A DNA stretch of 59,325 bases, counting the filler. It is 5 parts of 5 records of this genome, joined end to end, with 100 filler letters (N's around TTAATTAATTAA, not from the genome) between each part and the next. Parts side by side here need not be neighbours in the genome. Positions count along the whole stretch, not along the records: positions 17,717 to 34,588 come from SRR2962707_2521; 4 more parts are not named here. One strand, written 5' to 3'. Each line of letters starts with the position of its first letter. Position 1 is the stretch's first letter. Positions 20,077 through 32,245 of the stretch are shown piece by piece. The translations under genes and the position numbers were made by a program. The notes beneath the pieces are model-generated. The model ran no database searches. It was not told where the DNA came from and was given only the letters and a program-made list of their open reading frames with translations.

Positions 20077-22071
20077 ATGTATCACGCCATCGTCTTTCTA
20101 CCGCTTTTGGGCGCAATTATTGCTGGTTTCGGCGGTCGCTCCATTGGTGCGAAAGCTTGTGAATATATAACCAGCGGATTTATGATCATTGCAGCTTTGC
20201 TGTCATGGGTCGTTTTTCTTTCTGTCGGTATCGGCGAGGGAGAGGGTACGACTGTTGAAGTCATGCGCTGGATCCAAGTCGGCTCACTGGATATTAACTG
20301 GGCCTTCCGCGTTGATACATTGACAGCTGTCATGCTGGTTGTTGTGAACACCGTTTCAACGCTCGTTCATATCTATTCAATTGGCTACATGCATCACGAT
20401 GAACATCGTCCGCGCTTCTTCGCCTATTTGTCATTGTTCACATTCGCCATGTTGATGCTCGTCACATCAGACAATCTGGTTCAAATGTTCTTTGGCTGGG
20501 AAGGCGTGGGCCTCGCTTCATACCTGCTCATCGGTTTCTGGTTCAAAAAACCATCTGCCAACTCTGCGGCTATGAAAGCATTTATCGTCAACCGCGTTGG
20601 TGACTTTGGCTTCATGCTTGGCATCTTCGGTGTGTTTATTCTGTTTGGTTCAGTCAACTTCGATACAATCTTTGCCAATGCGCAGTCTTATTTGCCTGCT
20701 GAAGGCGCAGAAGTTGCCGCACAAGGCGAAACAGTTTTGACTTTCTTGGGCTATACGCTCGATAAAGGCCACGCCATTACTGTTGTTTGCCTGCTGCTCT
20801 TCATGGGTGCGATGGGTAAATCTGCGCAGTTTATGCTCCACACTTGGTTGCCTGATGCGATGGAAGGCCCGACACCTGTGTCAGCGCTTATTCACGCGGC
20901 GACTATGGTGACGGCCGGTGTCTTCATGCTTGCGCGTATGTCACCAATCTTTGAATTGTCACACACTGCTTTGACGATTGTAACAATCGTCGGCGCAACA
21001 ACGGCCTTCTTTGCCGCTACTGTTGGCCTTGTGCAGAACGACATTAAGCGCGTGATTGCGTATTCAACCTGTTCGCAGCTTGGCTATATGTTTGTGGCTT
21101 TGGGTGTGGGCGCTTATGGCGCTGCAGTATTCCACCTCTTCACACATGCCTTCTTCAAAGCGTTGCTGTTCTTGGGTGCTGGATCCGTTATCCACGCTGT
21201 TTCTGATGAACAAGACATGCGCCGTATGGGCGGCTTGCGTAAACTCATTCCAACAACCTATTGGATGATGGTTATCGGTACGATTGCCCTTACAGGTGTT
21301 GGTATTCCAGGCACATTGCTTGGTACAGCTGGCTTCTTCTCAAAAGATGCGATCATTGAAAGCTCGTTCGTTGCTGAAAACCCAGCTGCCGGTTATGCGT
21401 TCTTTATGCTGGTTGTCGCGGCGCTTTTCACAAGCTTCTATTCTTGGCGTCTAATATTCATGACATTCCACGGCAAACCGCGTGCGACAGCCGATGTTAT
21501 GCATCACGTGCATGAATCAGCGCCTGTTATGCTCATTCCGCTATTTGTTTTGGCTGTGGGCGCATTGCTTGCTGGTTTCGTATTCCACGACTTCTTCTTT
21601 GGTCACTACTACGAAGAATTCTGGAAAGGTGCGCTGTTCACGCTGCCTGAAAACAAAATCTTGGAAGAGTACCATCACGTACCGCTACTCGTGAAGTTGA
21701 GCGCAACCATTGCGATGCTTCTCGGCCTGATCGCCGCTTGGTACATGTATATCCGTTCGCCGCAAACGCCTGTTGAATTGGCTAAGCAGCATAACGGGCT
21801 ATATAAGTTCCTTTTGAACAAATGGTACTTTGACGAATTGTATGACTTCCTGTTCGTAAGGCCTGCAAAACGTCTTGGAACCTTCTTATGGAAACGCGGC
21901 GATATGTGGTTGATTGACGGCTTTGGCCCGAACGCAATTGCAGCGCGCATTGCAGGTCTGGCTCAACGTGCTTCACGTGTTCAGACTGGTTTCCTTTATC
22001 ACTACGCATTCGCCATGTTGATTGGTGTTGCTGCACTTGTTACCTGGATTATGCTTGGAGGCATCCAATAA
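20077..22071 (+). CDS. nuoL: NADH-quinone oxidoreductase subunit L
   Basis: GKSAQ...[22 protein letters not shown]. Confidence 0.98.
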   Translation: MYHAIVFLPLLGAIIAGFGGRSIGAKACEYITSGFMIIAALLSWVVFLSVGIGEGEGTTVEVMRWIQVGSLDINWAFRVDTLTAVMLVVVNTVSTLVHIYSIGYMHHDEHRPRFFAYLSLFTFAMLMLVTSDNLVQMFFGWEGVGLASYLLIGFWFKKPSANSAAMKAFIVNRVGDFGFMLGIFGVFILFGSVNFDTIFANAQSYLPAEGAEVAAQGETVLTFLGYTLDKGHAITVVCLLLFMGAMGKSAQFMLHTWLPDAMEGPTPVSALIHAATMVTAGVFMLARMSPIFELSHTALTIVTIVGATTAFFAATVGLVQNDIKRVIAYSTCSQLGYMFVALGVGAYGAAVFHLFTHAFFKALLFLGAGSVIHAVSDEQDMRRMGGLRKLIPTTYWMMVIGTIALTGVGIPGTLLGTAGFFSKDAIIESSFVAENPAAGYAFFMLVVAALFTSFYSWRLIFMTFHGKPRATADVMHHVHESAPVMLIPLFVLAVGALLAGFVFHDFFFGHYYEEFWKGALFTLPENKILEEYHHVPLLVKLSATIAMLLGLIAAWYMYIRSPQTPVELAKQHNGLYKFLLNKWYFDELYDFLFVRPAKRLGTFLWKRGDMWLIDGFGPNAIAARIAGLAQRASRVQTGFLYHYAFAMLIGVAALVTWIMLGGIQ

Positions 22072-23591
22072 TGGACGGAATGCCAATCCTCTCGCTCGTC
22101 ACGTTTTTACCGCTCGTCGGTGTGCTTGTCGCTTTGTTCATCAATGATGAAAACGAAAGCGGTAAACGCAACATCCGCATGGTGGCGTTGTTAACGACGA
22201 TCTTCACCTTCCTTGTTTCATTGATGATTTGGGCAGGGTTCGACAATGCGAACCCAGGCTTCCAATTTATTGAGAATGCTGAATGGCTCGGCGGCGGTTT
22301 GACCTACCGTTTGGGCGTCGATGGCATTTCAATGCTGTTTGTCATTTTGACAACATTCTTGATGCCGTTCTGTATTTTGGCGGGCTGGGAAAGCGTAAAC
22401 AAGCGTATCAAAGCCTACATGATTGCTTTCCTCATCTTGGAAACATTGATGATAGGCGTGTTCGTCGCGCTTGATATCGTCTTGTTCTATGTCTTCTTTG
22501 AGGCTGGCCTTATTCCGATGTTTATTATCATCGGTGTTTGGGGCGGTCCGCGCCGCGTCTACGCGTCTTTCAAGTTCTTCCTTTATACATTGCTCGGCTC
22601 TGTATTGATGTTGCTTGCGATCATGGCGATGTATTGGGAGGCGGGGACAACCTCTATTCCTGAGTTGTTGGCCTATGATTTCCCTGTTCACATGCAGACT
22701 TGGCTATGGCTTGCATTCTTCGCATCATTTGCGGTGAAAATGCCGATGTGGCCTGTCCACACATGGTTGCCTGATGCGCACGTGGAAGCACCAACCGCTG
22801 GCTCTGTTATCCTTGCTGGCGTGTTGTTGAAACTTGGCGGCTACGGCTTTATCCGCTTCTCGCTTTCTATGTTCCCAGTGGCATCTGCTGATCTCAGCTG
22901 GTTGATTTATACGCTGTCGGTTATTGCGATCATTTACACCTCGCTTGTCGCGATGATGCAACAGGATATGAAAAAGCTGATCGCTTATTCATCTGTCGCT
23001 CACATGGGCTTCGTGACTATGGGTATTTTCGCAGCCAACACACAGGGCCTTGAAGGCGCTATCTTCCAGATGCTGTCGCATGGCCTTGTTTCTGGTGCGC
23101 TCTTCATCTGTGTCGGCGTTGTCTATGACCGTATGCACACTCGTGAGATTGCGGCTTATGGCGGCCTCGTTCACAACATGCCAAAATATGCGCTTGTCTT
23201 CATGCTGTTCACGATGGCCAATGTTGGCTTGCCGGGCACTTCGGGCTTCGTTGGCGAATTCTTGACCTTGATGGGCATGTTCCGCGCCAACACATGGTTT
23301 GCTTTCTTTGCTGCCTTTGGGGTGATTTTGTCGGCGTGTTATGCGCTTTGGCTCTATCGCCGTGTCATTTTTGGTGCGCTAGAAAAAGAAAGCCTAAAAG
23401 CGCTTCTCGATCTTTCGTTCCGCGAAAAAGCCATGCTTTATCCACTTGCTGCATTGACCATTTTCTTCGGTGTTTACCCAGCACCTGTTTTCGATGTGAT
23501 TGGCAGCTCAGTGAATTTGCTCCTTACAGATTATAACGCTGCTATTGAAGCGGCTAAAACGGCAGCATCCGTTGCCGTGAACGCACACTAA
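22071..23591 (+). CDS. nuoM: NADH-quinone oxidoreductase subunit M
   Basis: [31 protein letters not shown]. Confidence 0.98.
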   Translation: MDGMPILSLVTFLPLVGVLVALFINDENESGKRNIRMVALLTTIFTFLVSLMIWAGFDNANPGFQFIENAEWLGGGLTYRLGVDGISMLFVILTTFLMPFCILAGWESVNKRIKAYMIAFLILETLMIGVFVALDIVLFYVFFEAGLIPMFIIIGVWGGPRRVYASFKFFLYTLLGSVLMLLAIMAMYWEAGTTSIPELLAYDFPVHMQTWLWLAFFASFAVKMPMWPVHTWLPDAHVEAPTAGSVILAGVLLKLGGYGFIRFSLSMFPVASADLSWLIYTLSVIAIIYTSLVAMMQQDMKKLIAYSSVAHMGFVTMGIFAANTQGLEGAIFQMLSHGLVSGALFICVGVVYDRMHTREIAAYGGLVHNMPKYALVFMLFTMANVGLPGTSGFVGEFLTLMGMFRANTWFAFFAAFGVILSACYALWLYRRVIFGALEKESLKALLDLSFREKAMLYPLAALTIFFGVYPAPVFDVIGSSVNLLLTDYNAAIEAAKTAASVAVNAH

Positions 23592-23605
23592 ATCGGATCG
23601 CCGTC

Positions 23606-25051
23606 ATGACAGTCGTTGAATTGACCCAAAGCTTAACCATCGCAACGCCAGAACTGGCTTTGGCGATCGGTGCAATGGTACTTTTGATGGTCGGTGTTTT
23701 TGCACCGAAAGATAGCGCTAATGCCACCGTTACTGGCCTTAGCGTTGCACTCCTCGTTGCAGCACTTGGTTGGATGGTTGTTTTTGATGATCAGGGCACG
23801 GCTTTTGACGGCGCCTACGTTCAAGATAGCTATGCTTTCTTCTTCAAAGTGTTGACTTTGATCGGCTCGATTGTCGCTTTGATCATGTCAGTTGGTTTTG
23901 CGCGTGAGGAGAAATTCGACCGCTTTGAGTTCCCGATCCTGATCTTGCTCGCAACACTCGGCATGTTGTTGATGATTTCAGCCTCGAGCTTGTTAACGCT
24001 CTATATGTCTCTGGAGCTTCAGTCGCTTGCGCTTTATGTGATCGCATCGATCAACCGCGATAGCACACGTTCAACAGAAGCTGGTTTGAAATATTTCGTC
24101 CTTGGCGCATTGTCATCAGGTATGATGCTTTACGGTATTTCGCTGATCTATGGTTTCACCGGCCATATTGGATTTGCAGAAATTACAGCCGCATTAACCG
24201 GTGCAGAACGATCTGTTGGTTTGCTGTTCGGTCTTGTCTTCCTTTTAACAGGCTTGGCATTCAAAATTTCTGCAGTGCCATTCCACATGTGGACGCCAGA
24301 CGTTTATGAAGGTGCGCCGACACCGGTGACTGCATTCCTTGCTTCTGCACCGAAAATGGCTGCTATGGCATTGCTCGTGCGCGTTGTTGTGGATGCCTTT
24401 GCCCCATCAACCGCTGATTGGCAGCAGATCATCGTATTCATCTCGATTGCGTCTATGGTGCTCGGTGCTGTGGCTGCGATCAACCAGCGTAACATCAAAC
24501 GCTTGATGGCTTATTCTTCAATTGGCCACATGGGCTACGCGCTTGTTGGTTTGGCCGCTGGAACGCTTGCGGGTGTTCAAGGCGTGTTGATTTATATGGC
24601 GATTTATTTGGTCATGACACTTGGCACTTTTGCTTTCATTTTGGCTATGCGTCGGAAAGACGAAGGCAATTTAGAGCAGATTGATGATCTTTCAGGTTAC
24701 GCTGCCTCTCATCCGCTACAGGCGACAATTTTGACCATTTTGATGTTCTCATTGGCAGGTATTCCGCCGCTCGCAGGCTTCTGGGGCAAGTGGTATGTTT
24801 TCCTCGCCGCGATTGATGCGGGTCTTTATCCGCTTGCGATTATTGGTGTTGTAGCTTCTGTTGTCGGTGCATTCTATTATCTGCGCATTATCAAGATCAT
24901 GTGGTTTGATGAGCCTGAAGGCAAGTTTATGCCGGCCGCTGGTGAGTTGCGTTTGGTGATGGGGCTATCTGGCGTTTTCGTTCTTGGCTTTATCTTCTTT
25001 GGTGCACCATTGGTTGCCTCTGCTGGCAATGCAGCCAAGGCGCTCTTCTAG
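23606..25051 (+). CDS. nuoN: NADH-quinone oxidoreductase subunit N
   Basis: [32 protein letters not shown]. Confidence 0.98.
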   Translation: MTVVELTQSLTIATPELALAIGAMVLLMVGVFAPKDSANATVTGLSVALLVAALGWMVVFDDQGTAFDGAYVQDSYAFFFKVLTLIGSIVALIMSVGFAREEKFDRFEFPILILLATLGMLLMISASSLLTLYMSLELQSLALYVIASINRDSTRSTEAGLKYFVLGALSSGMMLYGISLIYGFTGHIGFAEITAALTGAERSVGLLFGLVFLLTGLAFKISAVPFHMWTPDVYEGAPTPVTAFLASAPKMAAMALLVRVVVDAFAPSTADWQQIIVFISIASMVLGAVAAINQRNIKRLMAYSSIGHMGYALVGLAAGTLAGVQGVLIYMAIYLVMTLGTFAFILAMRRKDEGNLEQIDDLSGYAASHPLQATILTILMFSLAGIPPLAGFWGKWYVFLAAIDAGLYPLAIIGVVASVVGAFYYLRIIKIMWFDEPEGKFMPAAGELRLVMGLSGVFVLGFIFFGAPLVASAGNAAKALF

Positions 25052-25063
25052 ACCTTGCAAACA

Positions 25064-25837
25064 ATGATTGATCCTCAGCCCGTAAGTGGATTATCCGGAT
25101 GGCGCCAAGCTCATCTGGCCACCACGGGCTCAACCAACGCCGATCTTTTGAAGTATTCGAAAGACGGCTTTGATGCAGATCGCCTTTGGCTGACAGCTGG
25201 CGAGCAAGTAGCAGGACGCGGTCGGCGCGGGCGCGTTTGGGCATCGCCTGTTGGTAATCTTCATGCGTCTCTATATCTCAAAGACATCGCGACTCCCAAA
25301 GATATCGGTTTTCTGCCGCTTGTGTGTGCCAGCGCCGTGCATCGCGCGGTGAGTTCAGCGCTTGAGGGGGCGAATGCAAAAGTCGAGATTAAATGGCCGA
25401 ACGATATTCTAATCGCTGGCGCTAAATGTTGCGGCATGTTGCTGGAAGCAGAACGCAATGGCGACGGCCTTGATATCATAATCGGTATAGGCATCAATCT
25501 TGTTGCCCACCCTGAAGATACGCCGTATCCAGCGACACATCTAAGCGTACATAAGCCCAAAATTACGCCTGAGATTATGTTTGCCCATCTGGCTGAAAGT
25601 TTCGCGCAGACTTTCGATGCTTTGCAAGGTGGCCTAAACAACCAAACAATCTTAGACTATTGGAAAAGCAATGTGCGTGGTATGGGAGAACAAATCGTTG
25701 TGAACCTAGCCAACGCTCAGCTACATGGTGTATTCGCGGGTATTGATCCGCAAGGTTTGCTATTGCTACGCCAGCATGACGGCGAAATTAAAAATATATC
25801 GGCAGGGGACGTATTCTTCCCTGATGTAAATAAATAA
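25064..25837 (+). CDS. birA: Biotin-protein ligase (no HTH)
   Basis: GSTN, QVAGRGRRGRVW, KWPNDI, ISAGDV. Confidence 0.95.
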   Translation: MIDPQPVSGLSGWRQAHLATTGSTNADLLKYSKDGFDADRLWLTAGEQVAGRGRRGRVWASPVGNLHASLYLKDIATPKDIGFLPLVCASAVHRAVSSALEGANAKVEIKWPNDILIAGAKCCGMLLEAERNGDGLDIIIGIGINLVAHPEDTPYPATHLSVHKPKITPEIMFAHLAESFAQTFDALQGGLNNQTILDYWKSNVRGMGEQIVVNLANAQLHGVFAGIDPQGLLLLRQHDGEIKNISAGDVFFPDVNK

Positions 25838-25861
25838 TAGACCACCTCAGACAGGGATTTA

Positions 25862-27547
25862 ATGTCAAAAGATAACAGTGAACTTGTCTTCGTGCCGCTC
25901 GGCGGCGTCGGAGAAATTGGCATGAACTTAGCTATGTATGGCTATGGGCCAGCAACCAATCGTTCTTGGATCGTCATGGATGTTGGCGTGACGTTTCCTG
26001 GTGCCGATTTGCCCGGCGTTGATCTTGTATTGCCCGACATTCGTTTTCTTGTTGCTGAACAGCACAATGTCGAAGCGATCATCATCACCCATGCCCATGA
26101 AGACCATTATGGCGCATTGCTTTCGCTTTATCCAAAGATCGCACCAAACGGCGATATCCCCGTGTTTATGACACCTTTTGGTGCGGGCATGCTGGAAAGT
26201 AAGGCTGTTGGTGAGCGCGGAAGCCCGAAAATAAAAGTCACCACATTTGATGCTGGTGGCACATTTGAAGCTGGTCCATTTAAACTCGAAGCGATTGCTG
26301 TGACCCACTCAATTCCTGAGCCGGTATCGATTGCAATTCGCACTCCGCTTGGCACAGTTCTTCACACGGGAGATTGGAAAAACGATATTGCGCCATCAAT
26401 GGGCGCACTCACCGATGCAGCGGCCTTTACGCGTTTGGGCGACGAAGGTCTGCTCGCGCTGATTTGCGATTCAACCAATGCCATGCGTGACGGCGAAAGC
26501 CCATCAGAGCAGGAAGTATCAGAGGGCCTTAGAAAAGTAATTGAAAATGCAACTGGCCGCGTTGCGATCACCACGTTTTCATCCAATGTTGGCCGCATCA
26601 AATCGATTGCTTTGGCGGCAGAAGCAGCAGGCCGTCAGGCTTTGCTTCTTGGTCGCTCTATGAAGCGCGTTGTCGAAGTTGCTGCCGAGCTCGGCTACAT
26701 GGAAGGCGTGCCTGAATTCCTGTCCGAAGACGAATATGGCTATATTCCCCGTGATAAAGTGGTGATCATTCTCACCGGTTCGCAAGGCGAGAGCAGGGCA
26801 GCTTTGGCCAAATTATCGCGCGATGAAATGCGCGATGTCTCGCTAACCGCAGGCGATACAGTCGTCTATTCATCACGCTCAATTCCCGGCAATGAAAAGC
26901 CGATTTTGGAAACAAAAAACCGCTTGATCGATATGGGGATTACCATTGTTGAAGATGGTGTGGATGCACTCGTTCATGTTTCTGGACACCCGCGACGCAA
27001 TGAACTGCGCCAAATGTACCAATGGACACGCCCAAAAATCGGCATTCCTGTTCACGGTGAAGCAGCGCATTTGACCGCGCATGCAAAGCTCATGCGCGAA
27101 AATGGCATTGCCGAAGTAATGGACGTGCGCAATGGCGATCTTGTTCGTCTTGCACCGGGCAAAGCCGAAATCATTGATGATATTCCGCACGGCGTTATCT
27201 ACAAAGATGGCCAAGTGATCGGTGATGGCGATGAGACCGGCGTAAACCAGCGCCGCGGCCTATCATTTGCAGGTCACATTGCTGTGAGCGTCATTCTCGA
27301 TAAATCACATGAATTGCTCGTTGATCCGCAGGTCGTTTGCATTGGTGTGCCTGCGACAGATCACCAAGGTGATGATATGGAAGACATCGTCTATGATGCG
27401 ATTGTTGCCGCTGTTGAATCGATGCCGCGCGCGCGCCGCAAAGATTTGGACGTGGTTGAAGACAGTGTGCGCAAGTCAGTGCGAGCTGCAGTGCGCAACA
27501 TTTGGGGCAAAAAGCCTATTGTGACGGTGCTTGTTGATCGGGTCTGA
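25862..27547 (+). CDS. rnj: Ribonuclease J
   Basis: PLGGVGEIGMN, THAHEDHYGA, HVSGH, PVHGE. Confidence 0.95.
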   Translation: MSKDNSELVFVPLGGVGEIGMNLAMYGYGPATNRSWIVMDVGVTFPGADLPGVDLVLPDIRFLVAEQHNVEAIIITHAHEDHYGALLSLYPKIAPNGDIPVFMTPFGAGMLESKAVGERGSPKIKVTTFDAGGTFEAGPFKLEAIAVTHSIPEPVSIAIRTPLGTVLHTGDWKNDIAPSMGALTDAAAFTRLGDEGLLALICDSTNAMRDGESPSEQEVSEGLRKVIENATGRVAITTFSSNVGRIKSIALAAEAAGRQALLLGRSMKRVVEVAAELGYMEGVPEFLSEDEYGYIPRDKVVIILTGSQGESRAALAKLSRDEMRDVSLTAGDTVVYSSRSIPGNEKPILETKNRLIDMGITIVEDGVDALVHVSGHPRRNELRQMYQWTRPKIGIPVHGEAAHLTAHAKLMRENGIAEVMDVRNGDLVRLAPGKAEIIDDIPHGVIYKDGQVIGDGDETGVNQRRGLSFAGHIAVSVILDKSHELLVDPQVVCIGVPATDHQGDDMEDIVYDAIVAAVESMPRARRKDLDVVEDSVRKSVRAAVRNIWGKKPIVTVLVDRV

Positions 27548-27589
27548 TTATCTGCATCGTCATTAAATGCAATCGAATGGGAGTTTAAA

Positions 27590-27994
27590 TTGCTAGGACG
27601 TTTAAACCATATAGCAATCGCCGTGCCCGACCTTGCGGCGGCTGCTGAGAAATACAAATCTGTGCTGGGTGCAAAGGTGAGTGAGCCGCAGGCCTTACCG
27701 GAACACGGCGTTACCGTTGTGTTTGTTGAAGTCGATAACACAAAGACTGAATTGCTGGAACCAATGGGTGATGGCTCACCCATTGCGGCGTTTCTTGCAA
27801 AGAACCCATCGGGTGGCATGCACCATATGTGTTACGAAGTTGACGACATTATTGCGGCGCGTGATCAGCTAAAAGCACAAAATATTAGAGTTTTAGGCGA
27901 TGGCGAGCCAAAGATTGGTGCGCATGGCAAGCCAGTGCTCTTTTTACACCCAAAAGATTTCGACGGTACACTCATCGAATTGGAACAGATTTAA
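27590..27994 (+). CDS. mce: Methylmalonyl-CoA epimerase
   Basis: LNHIAIAVPDL, GGMHHMCYEV, GAHGKPVLFLHPKDF; TTG start after GGAG. Confidence 0.95.
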   Translation: MLGRLNHIAIAVPDLAAAAEKYKSVLGAKVSEPQALPEHGVTVVFVEVDNTKTELLEPMGDGSPIAAFLAKNPSGGMHHMCYEVDDIIAARDQLKAQNIRVLGDGEPKIGAHGKPVLFLHPKDFDGTLIELEQI

Positions 27995-28279
27995 ATGCAG
28001 TTTTTCTCTGGCCTAGCGGTGTTCTTTATTATCTGGTGGACAGTGTTGTTTATGGTTTTGCCGTTTGGCGTGCGCAGTCAGGCTGAAGGTGTGGACCGTG
28101 TGCTTGGCACAGATCCTGGTGCACCGCAAAACTCTAGAATGGTGCGCAAGATGATTATTACCACCATCGTTGCAGCGCTTTTATTTGGGTTATTTTATTA
28201 TCTTGTGATTGTGCTTGGCTATGGGGTGAAGGATTTGCCCAATATTGTGCCGGACTTTCCAGAGACGCCAAACAGGTAA
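27995..28279 (+). CDS. DUF1467 family membrane protein
   Basis: FIIWWTVLFMVLPFGVRSQ...GTDPGAP; usual position after mce. Confidence 0.88.
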   Translation: MQFFSGLAVFFIIWWTVLFMVLPFGVRSQAEGVDRVLGTDPGAPQNSRMVRKMIITTIVAALLFGLFYYLVIVLGYGVKDLPNIVPDFPETPNR

Positions 28280-28282
28280 AAT

Positions 28283-28422
28283 AAAAATGGCAGGACCGGA
28301 GTCCTGCCATTTTCTAACGAGTGTGATTTTAAAACCTTACGGCTCGCAGCTATAAAGCGCGCAAAAATCAGATCCTCCCAAGACTTCACTCGTTACGAAA
28401 CGCGGATAAATCCGCACTCCGT
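28283..28422 (-). ncRNA. alpha-r9 (Smr9C)-like small RNA
   Basis: About 140 nt between DUF1467 and proS; promoter GTGACA-17-TAGCTT; long stem UAACGAGUG/CACUCGUUA; terminator AAAAUGGCAGGAC/GUCCUGCCAUUUUU; synteny matches S. meliloti Smr9C as recalled. Confidence 0.7.
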
Positions 28423-28651
28423 AGGGGCAAGCTATCAAGATGTCACAAGTCTGTCACGTAAAAAAATGCAAAATTGCATTTTTCAATCGATCAAAACCAA
28501 ACAACTTTAGTCTAGGGGGAAGACTCTGCCGCTAGATGGTTGACATGCTTCCAATTCCCGCCCACAGCGCCTAAACACTAAAGTCTAAATGCCTTAAGCT
28601 CGTCTGATTCTGTTGTTAAAGCAACAGCAAGTTCTAAACCGGATAATAACT

Positions 28652-29980
28652 ATGCGTCTGTCTCGATATTTTTTACCAATCTTAAAAGAGAACCCAAAAG
28701 AAGCTGAAATCATTTCTCACCGTTTAATGTTGCGGGCAGGGATGGTGCGTCAGCAATCAGCAGGTATCTATTCTTGGTTGCCACTTGGCAAAAAGGTCTT
28801 GGACAAGATTTGTAATATTGTGCGCGAAGAGCAAAACCGCGCCGGTGCCAATGAGATTTTGATGCCGACCATTCAATCTGCAGATCTATGGCGCGAAAGC
28901 GGCCGCTATGATGATTATGGTTTGGAAATGCTGCGCATTAAAGACCGTCATGGCCGCGACATGCTTTATGGTCCGACCAACGAAGAAATGATCACAGAGA
29001 TTTTCCGTTCTTACGTGAAGTCTTATAAAGACCTGCCGCTAGCGCTCTATCATATTCAATGGAAGTTCCGCGACGAAGTGCGTCCTCGTTTTGGCGTCAT
29101 GCGTGGCCGTGAATTCTTGATGAAAGATGCATATTCATTCGATCTCGATTTTGATGGTGCGAAGGCTGCCTATAACCGCATGTTCGTGGCTTATCTTGCG
29201 ACCTTCAAGCGTTTGGGCCTAAAAGCAATTCCGATGAAAGCCGATACGGGCCCAATCGGCGGTGATCTAAGCCATGAATTTATTATCTTAGCTGATACAG
29301 GCGAAAGCGAAGTTTTCTGCCAACGCGAATTCATGGACATGTCTGTGGATGGCGGCGCGATCAATTTTGACGACAAAGAAGAAATTGCACAAATCGTCAA
29401 AGATTGGACAACGCCTTACGCAGCAACTGACGAAATGCACGATGAAGCCGCGTGGAACTCACTGCCCGATGACACAAAATTGTCAGCGCGCGGCATTGAA
29501 GTTGGGCACATTTTCCACTTTGGCACAAAATACTCTGAACCTATGAATGCAAAAGTAATGGGCCCAGACGGCAAAGAACGCTTTGTGTCTATGGGGTCTT
29601 ACGGCATTGGCCCATCGCGCTTAATCGCAGGTATTATCGAAGCCTCACACGACGACGCAGGCATCATTTGGCCTGCATCTGTTACGCCTTTCGGCGCATC
29701 AATCATCAATATGAAGGTTGGCAATGAAGGCTGTGATGAATGGTCAGAAAAAGCCTATCGCGAGCTCACCAATGCGGGTGTTGATCCGCTGCTAGACGAT
29801 ACAGACAAAGGCGCTGGCAATAAATTTGCGACAGCTGACCTTATTGGTCTGCCGTGGCAGTTGATCATTGGCCCACGCGGTGTTGCTGCTGGCGAAGTTG
29901 AGTTGAAAAACCGCAAAACCGGCGAGCGCGAAAATATGACCCTTGAAGCTGCAATCAACAAAATTGTGGCTGGAGCGTAA
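28652..29980 (+). CDS. proS: Proline--tRNA ligase (short alphaproteobacterial form)
   Basis: [42 protein letters not shown]. Confidence 0.98.
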   Translation: MRLSRYFLPILKENPKEAEIISHRLMLRAGMVRQQSAGIYSWLPLGKKVLDKICNIVREEQNRAGANEILMPTIQSADLWRESGRYDDYGLEMLRIKDRHGRDMLYGPTNEEMITEIFRSYVKSYKDLPLALYHIQWKFRDEVRPRFGVMRGREFLMKDAYSFDLDFDGAKAAYNRMFVAYLATFKRLGLKAIPMKADTGPIGGDLSHEFIILADTGESEVFCQREFMDMSVDGGAINFDDKEEIAQIVKDWTTPYAATDEMHDEAAWNSLPDDTKLSARGIEVGHIFHFGTKYSEPMNAKVMGPDGKERFVSMGSYGIGPSRLIAGIIEASHDDAGIIWPASVTPFGASIINMKVGNEGCDEWSEKAYRELTNAGVDPLLDDTDKGAGNKFATADLIGLPWQLIIGPRGVAAGEVELKNRKTGERENMTLEAAINKIVAGA

Positions 29981-29982
29981 TT

Positions 29983-31302
29983 TTGAGCAAGTCGCAAGCA
30001 GCAGAGAAGATCATGAACGATCATTCCAACGGAAAGGTCGACGGCAGTGCCGGCGCATTTTCTGCGTTTGAGCGGCTTGTTGCTTGGCGTTTTCTTAAGC
30101 CGAGGAAAAAAGAAACTGCGGTTTCTATCATTACAATCATCTCGCTCTTGGGGGTGACGCTCGGTGTTGCTGCGCTCATAATCGTTATGGCTGTCATGAA
30201 CGGTTTTCGCGCAGAACTGCTTGATCGTATTTTGGGCCTAAATGGCCACATTATTGTTCAAGCATCCGATACGCCGCTGTCTGACTTTGATGAAGTGACC
30301 AAGCGCATCGCTGGCGTTGAAGGCGTGACATTTGCTTTGCCGTTGCTAGAAGGGCAAACACTCGCGTCTGGTAATGTCGGCGCAGGCACAGGCGCATTGG
30401 TGCGCGGCGTGCGCAATGAGGATTTCGCTAAGCTTGATTCCATTGCAGGCAACATCAAAGAAGGCTCGTTAGAGGCCTATCAAGAAAATGACGGTGTCGC
30501 GATTGGCATTCGCATGGCGCAAAATATGGGCCTTGTGATCGGTGATATGCTGACACTTATTTCGCCCGACGGCGATGTTACGGCTTTTGGCACCACACCG
30601 CGTGTGAAATCATACCCCGTTGAAGCCATCTTTGAGATGGGCATGTCAGAATATGACAGCTCCATCGTCTTTATGCATTTGGATGAGGCGCAGCTCTATT
30701 TCAATCAAGAGGGCACGGTGCAAGCCATCGATATTTTCGTCGATGACCCCGATAAGGTCGACGATATGAAGGCGGCAATCGTTGAAGCTGCCAACCGTCC
30801 TGTGATCATCTCTGATTGGCAACAGCGCAACAGCGCCTTCTTTTCTGCGCTTGTGATTGAGCGCAACGCAATGTTCCTTATTCTGTCTATTGTCGTGATT
30901 GTGGCTTCGCTCAACATTATTTCATCGCTGATTATGTTGGTGAAGGAAAAAGGGCGCGGTATTGCGATTCTGCGCACGATGGGCGCGTCGCAAAATGCAA
31001 TCCTGCGCATTTTCATTATGGCAGGCACGGGCGTTGGTTTGGTTGGTACAGCGGCAGGTTTCCTGTTGGGCGTACTCGTCTGTGTCAATATTAAGGGTAT
31101 TCAGCGGCTTCTTAACTGGGTTTCTGGCGCCAATGTGTGGGATCCAACGGTTCGCTTCTTAAGTGAAATTCCTGCGCGAATGGATCCATGGGAAACAATG
31201 TCTGTCGTCTTGCTGGCGCTGGTCCTTTCATTCTTAGCTGCTATCATCCCTGCGCGCCGCGCTGCCAAGCTCGATCCTGTTGAAGCACTGAGGTATGAAT
31301 AA
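29983..31302 (+). CDS. lolE: Lipoprotein-releasing ABC transporter permease (LolC/E)
   Basis: [42 protein letters not shown]. Confidence 0.94.
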   Translation: MSKSQAAEKIMNDHSNGKVDGSAGAFSAFERLVAWRFLKPRKKETAVSIITIISLLGVTLGVAALIIVMAVMNGFRAELLDRILGLNGHIIVQASDTPLSDFDEVTKRIAGVEGVTFALPLLEGQTLASGNVGAGTGALVRGVRNEDFAKLDSIAGNIKEGSLEAYQENDGVAIGIRMAQNMGLVIGDMLTLISPDGDVTAFGTTPRVKSYPVEAIFEMGMSEYDSSIVFMHLDEAQLYFNQEGTVQAIDIFVDDPDKVDDMKAAIVEAANRPVIISDWQQRNSAFFSALVIERNAMFLILSIVVIVASLNIISSLIMLVKEKGRGIAILRTMGASQNAILRIFIMAGTGVGLVGTAAGFLLGVLVCVNIKGIQRLLNWVSGANVWDPTVRFLSEIPARMDPWETMSVVLLALVLSFLAAIIPARRAAKLDPVEALRYE

Positions 31303-32015
31303 TGGCGTCAGCTCAAACACCAATCCTTCAGCTTGAAAATGTGTGCCGTTATTATCAAGAAGCGGCAGGGCGCTTAGATGTGCTTAAAAACACCAATCTG
31401 ACGATTAATTCTGGCGAGATGGTTGCGCTTGTAGCGCCGTCAGGCGCAGGTAAATCAACTTTGCTACATACTGCTGGCCTGCTAGAGCGCCCAGACAGCG
31501 GCGAGGTCTATTTGTCCGGTCAGCCATGTTCTGGCCTTGGCGACCGACGCCGCACAGCGCGTCGCCGCAATGACATTGGATATGTTTATCAATTCCACCA
31601 TCTTCTGCCCGAGTTCTCAGCATTAGAAAATGTAATGATCCCGCAGATGATACGCGGTGTCGGTAAAAGTGAAGCCAGCAAGAAAGCTCTTGAGCTGCTC
31701 GAATTCATGCGCATTTCAGATCGCGCGACGCATCGCCCAGCCGAACTTTCAGGCGGTGAGCAACAACGTGTAGCGATTGCGCGTGCTGTGGCCAATGCGC
31801 CGCTGCTGCTGCTCGCTGATGAACCTACGGGTAACTTGGATCCTGAAACATCTTCTTACGTGTTCGATGTGCTCGAAGAGCTTGTCCGCCGTACCGGCCT
31901 ATGTGCTTTGATTGCGACTCACAATCACGCATTGGCCGCCAGAATGGACCGAGTAATAACCATGAAAGACGGCGGCATCGTGCCAATGGACCTTAAAAAC
32001 GTGATTGCGCTTTAA
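31302..32015 (+). CDS. lolD: Lipoprotein-releasing ABC transporter ATPase
   Basis: [37 protein letters not shown]. Confidence 0.95.
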   Translation: MASAQTPILQLENVCRYYQEAAGRLDVLKNTNLTINSGEMVALVAPSGAGKSTLLHTAGLLERPDSGEVYLSGQPCSGLGDRRRTARRRNDIGYVYQFHHLLPEFSALENVMIPQMIRGVGKSEASKKALELLEFMRISDRATHRPAELSGGEQQRVAIARAVANAPLLLLADEPTGNLDPETSSYVFDVLEELVRRTGLCALIATHNHALAARMDRVITMKDGGIVPMDLKNVIAL

Positions 32016-32096
32016 GCGCCAGCCCCGCAGAATCCTTATATTTTAAGGATCTATTACCCATAAATTGCCCCTGTATCAAAATGAGAACAAAACATG

Positions 32097-32125
32097 TTTA
32101 CAAAAGAACAGAAATGGAACATAAA
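32097..32125 (+). promoter_or_regulatory. Alphaproteobacterial LexA (SOS) box within a promoter
   Basis: GAAC-agaaatg-GAAC (32106-32120) lies between TTTACA (-35, 32097-32102) and CATAAA. Confidence 0.8.
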
Positions 32126-32158
32126 GGGTTCATAGATCAAACATAAGGATTTGGACCC

Positions 32159-32245
32159 ATGACATATCTCGTTCGTGACATTGCTTCTCTTGCCTCTATT
32201 GCAGCCTTCGTGACAACATTTTCAATTTTTGTCGGGCTTATCTAA
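32159..32245 (+). CDS. 28-aa hydrophobic peptide, SidA-like SOS-induced division inhibitor
   Basis: AAGGA RBS; MTYLVRDIASLASIAAFVTTFSIFVGLI*; LexA box upstream and dnaE downstream. Confidence 0.75.
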   Translation: MTYLVRDIASLASIAAFVTTFSIFVGLI

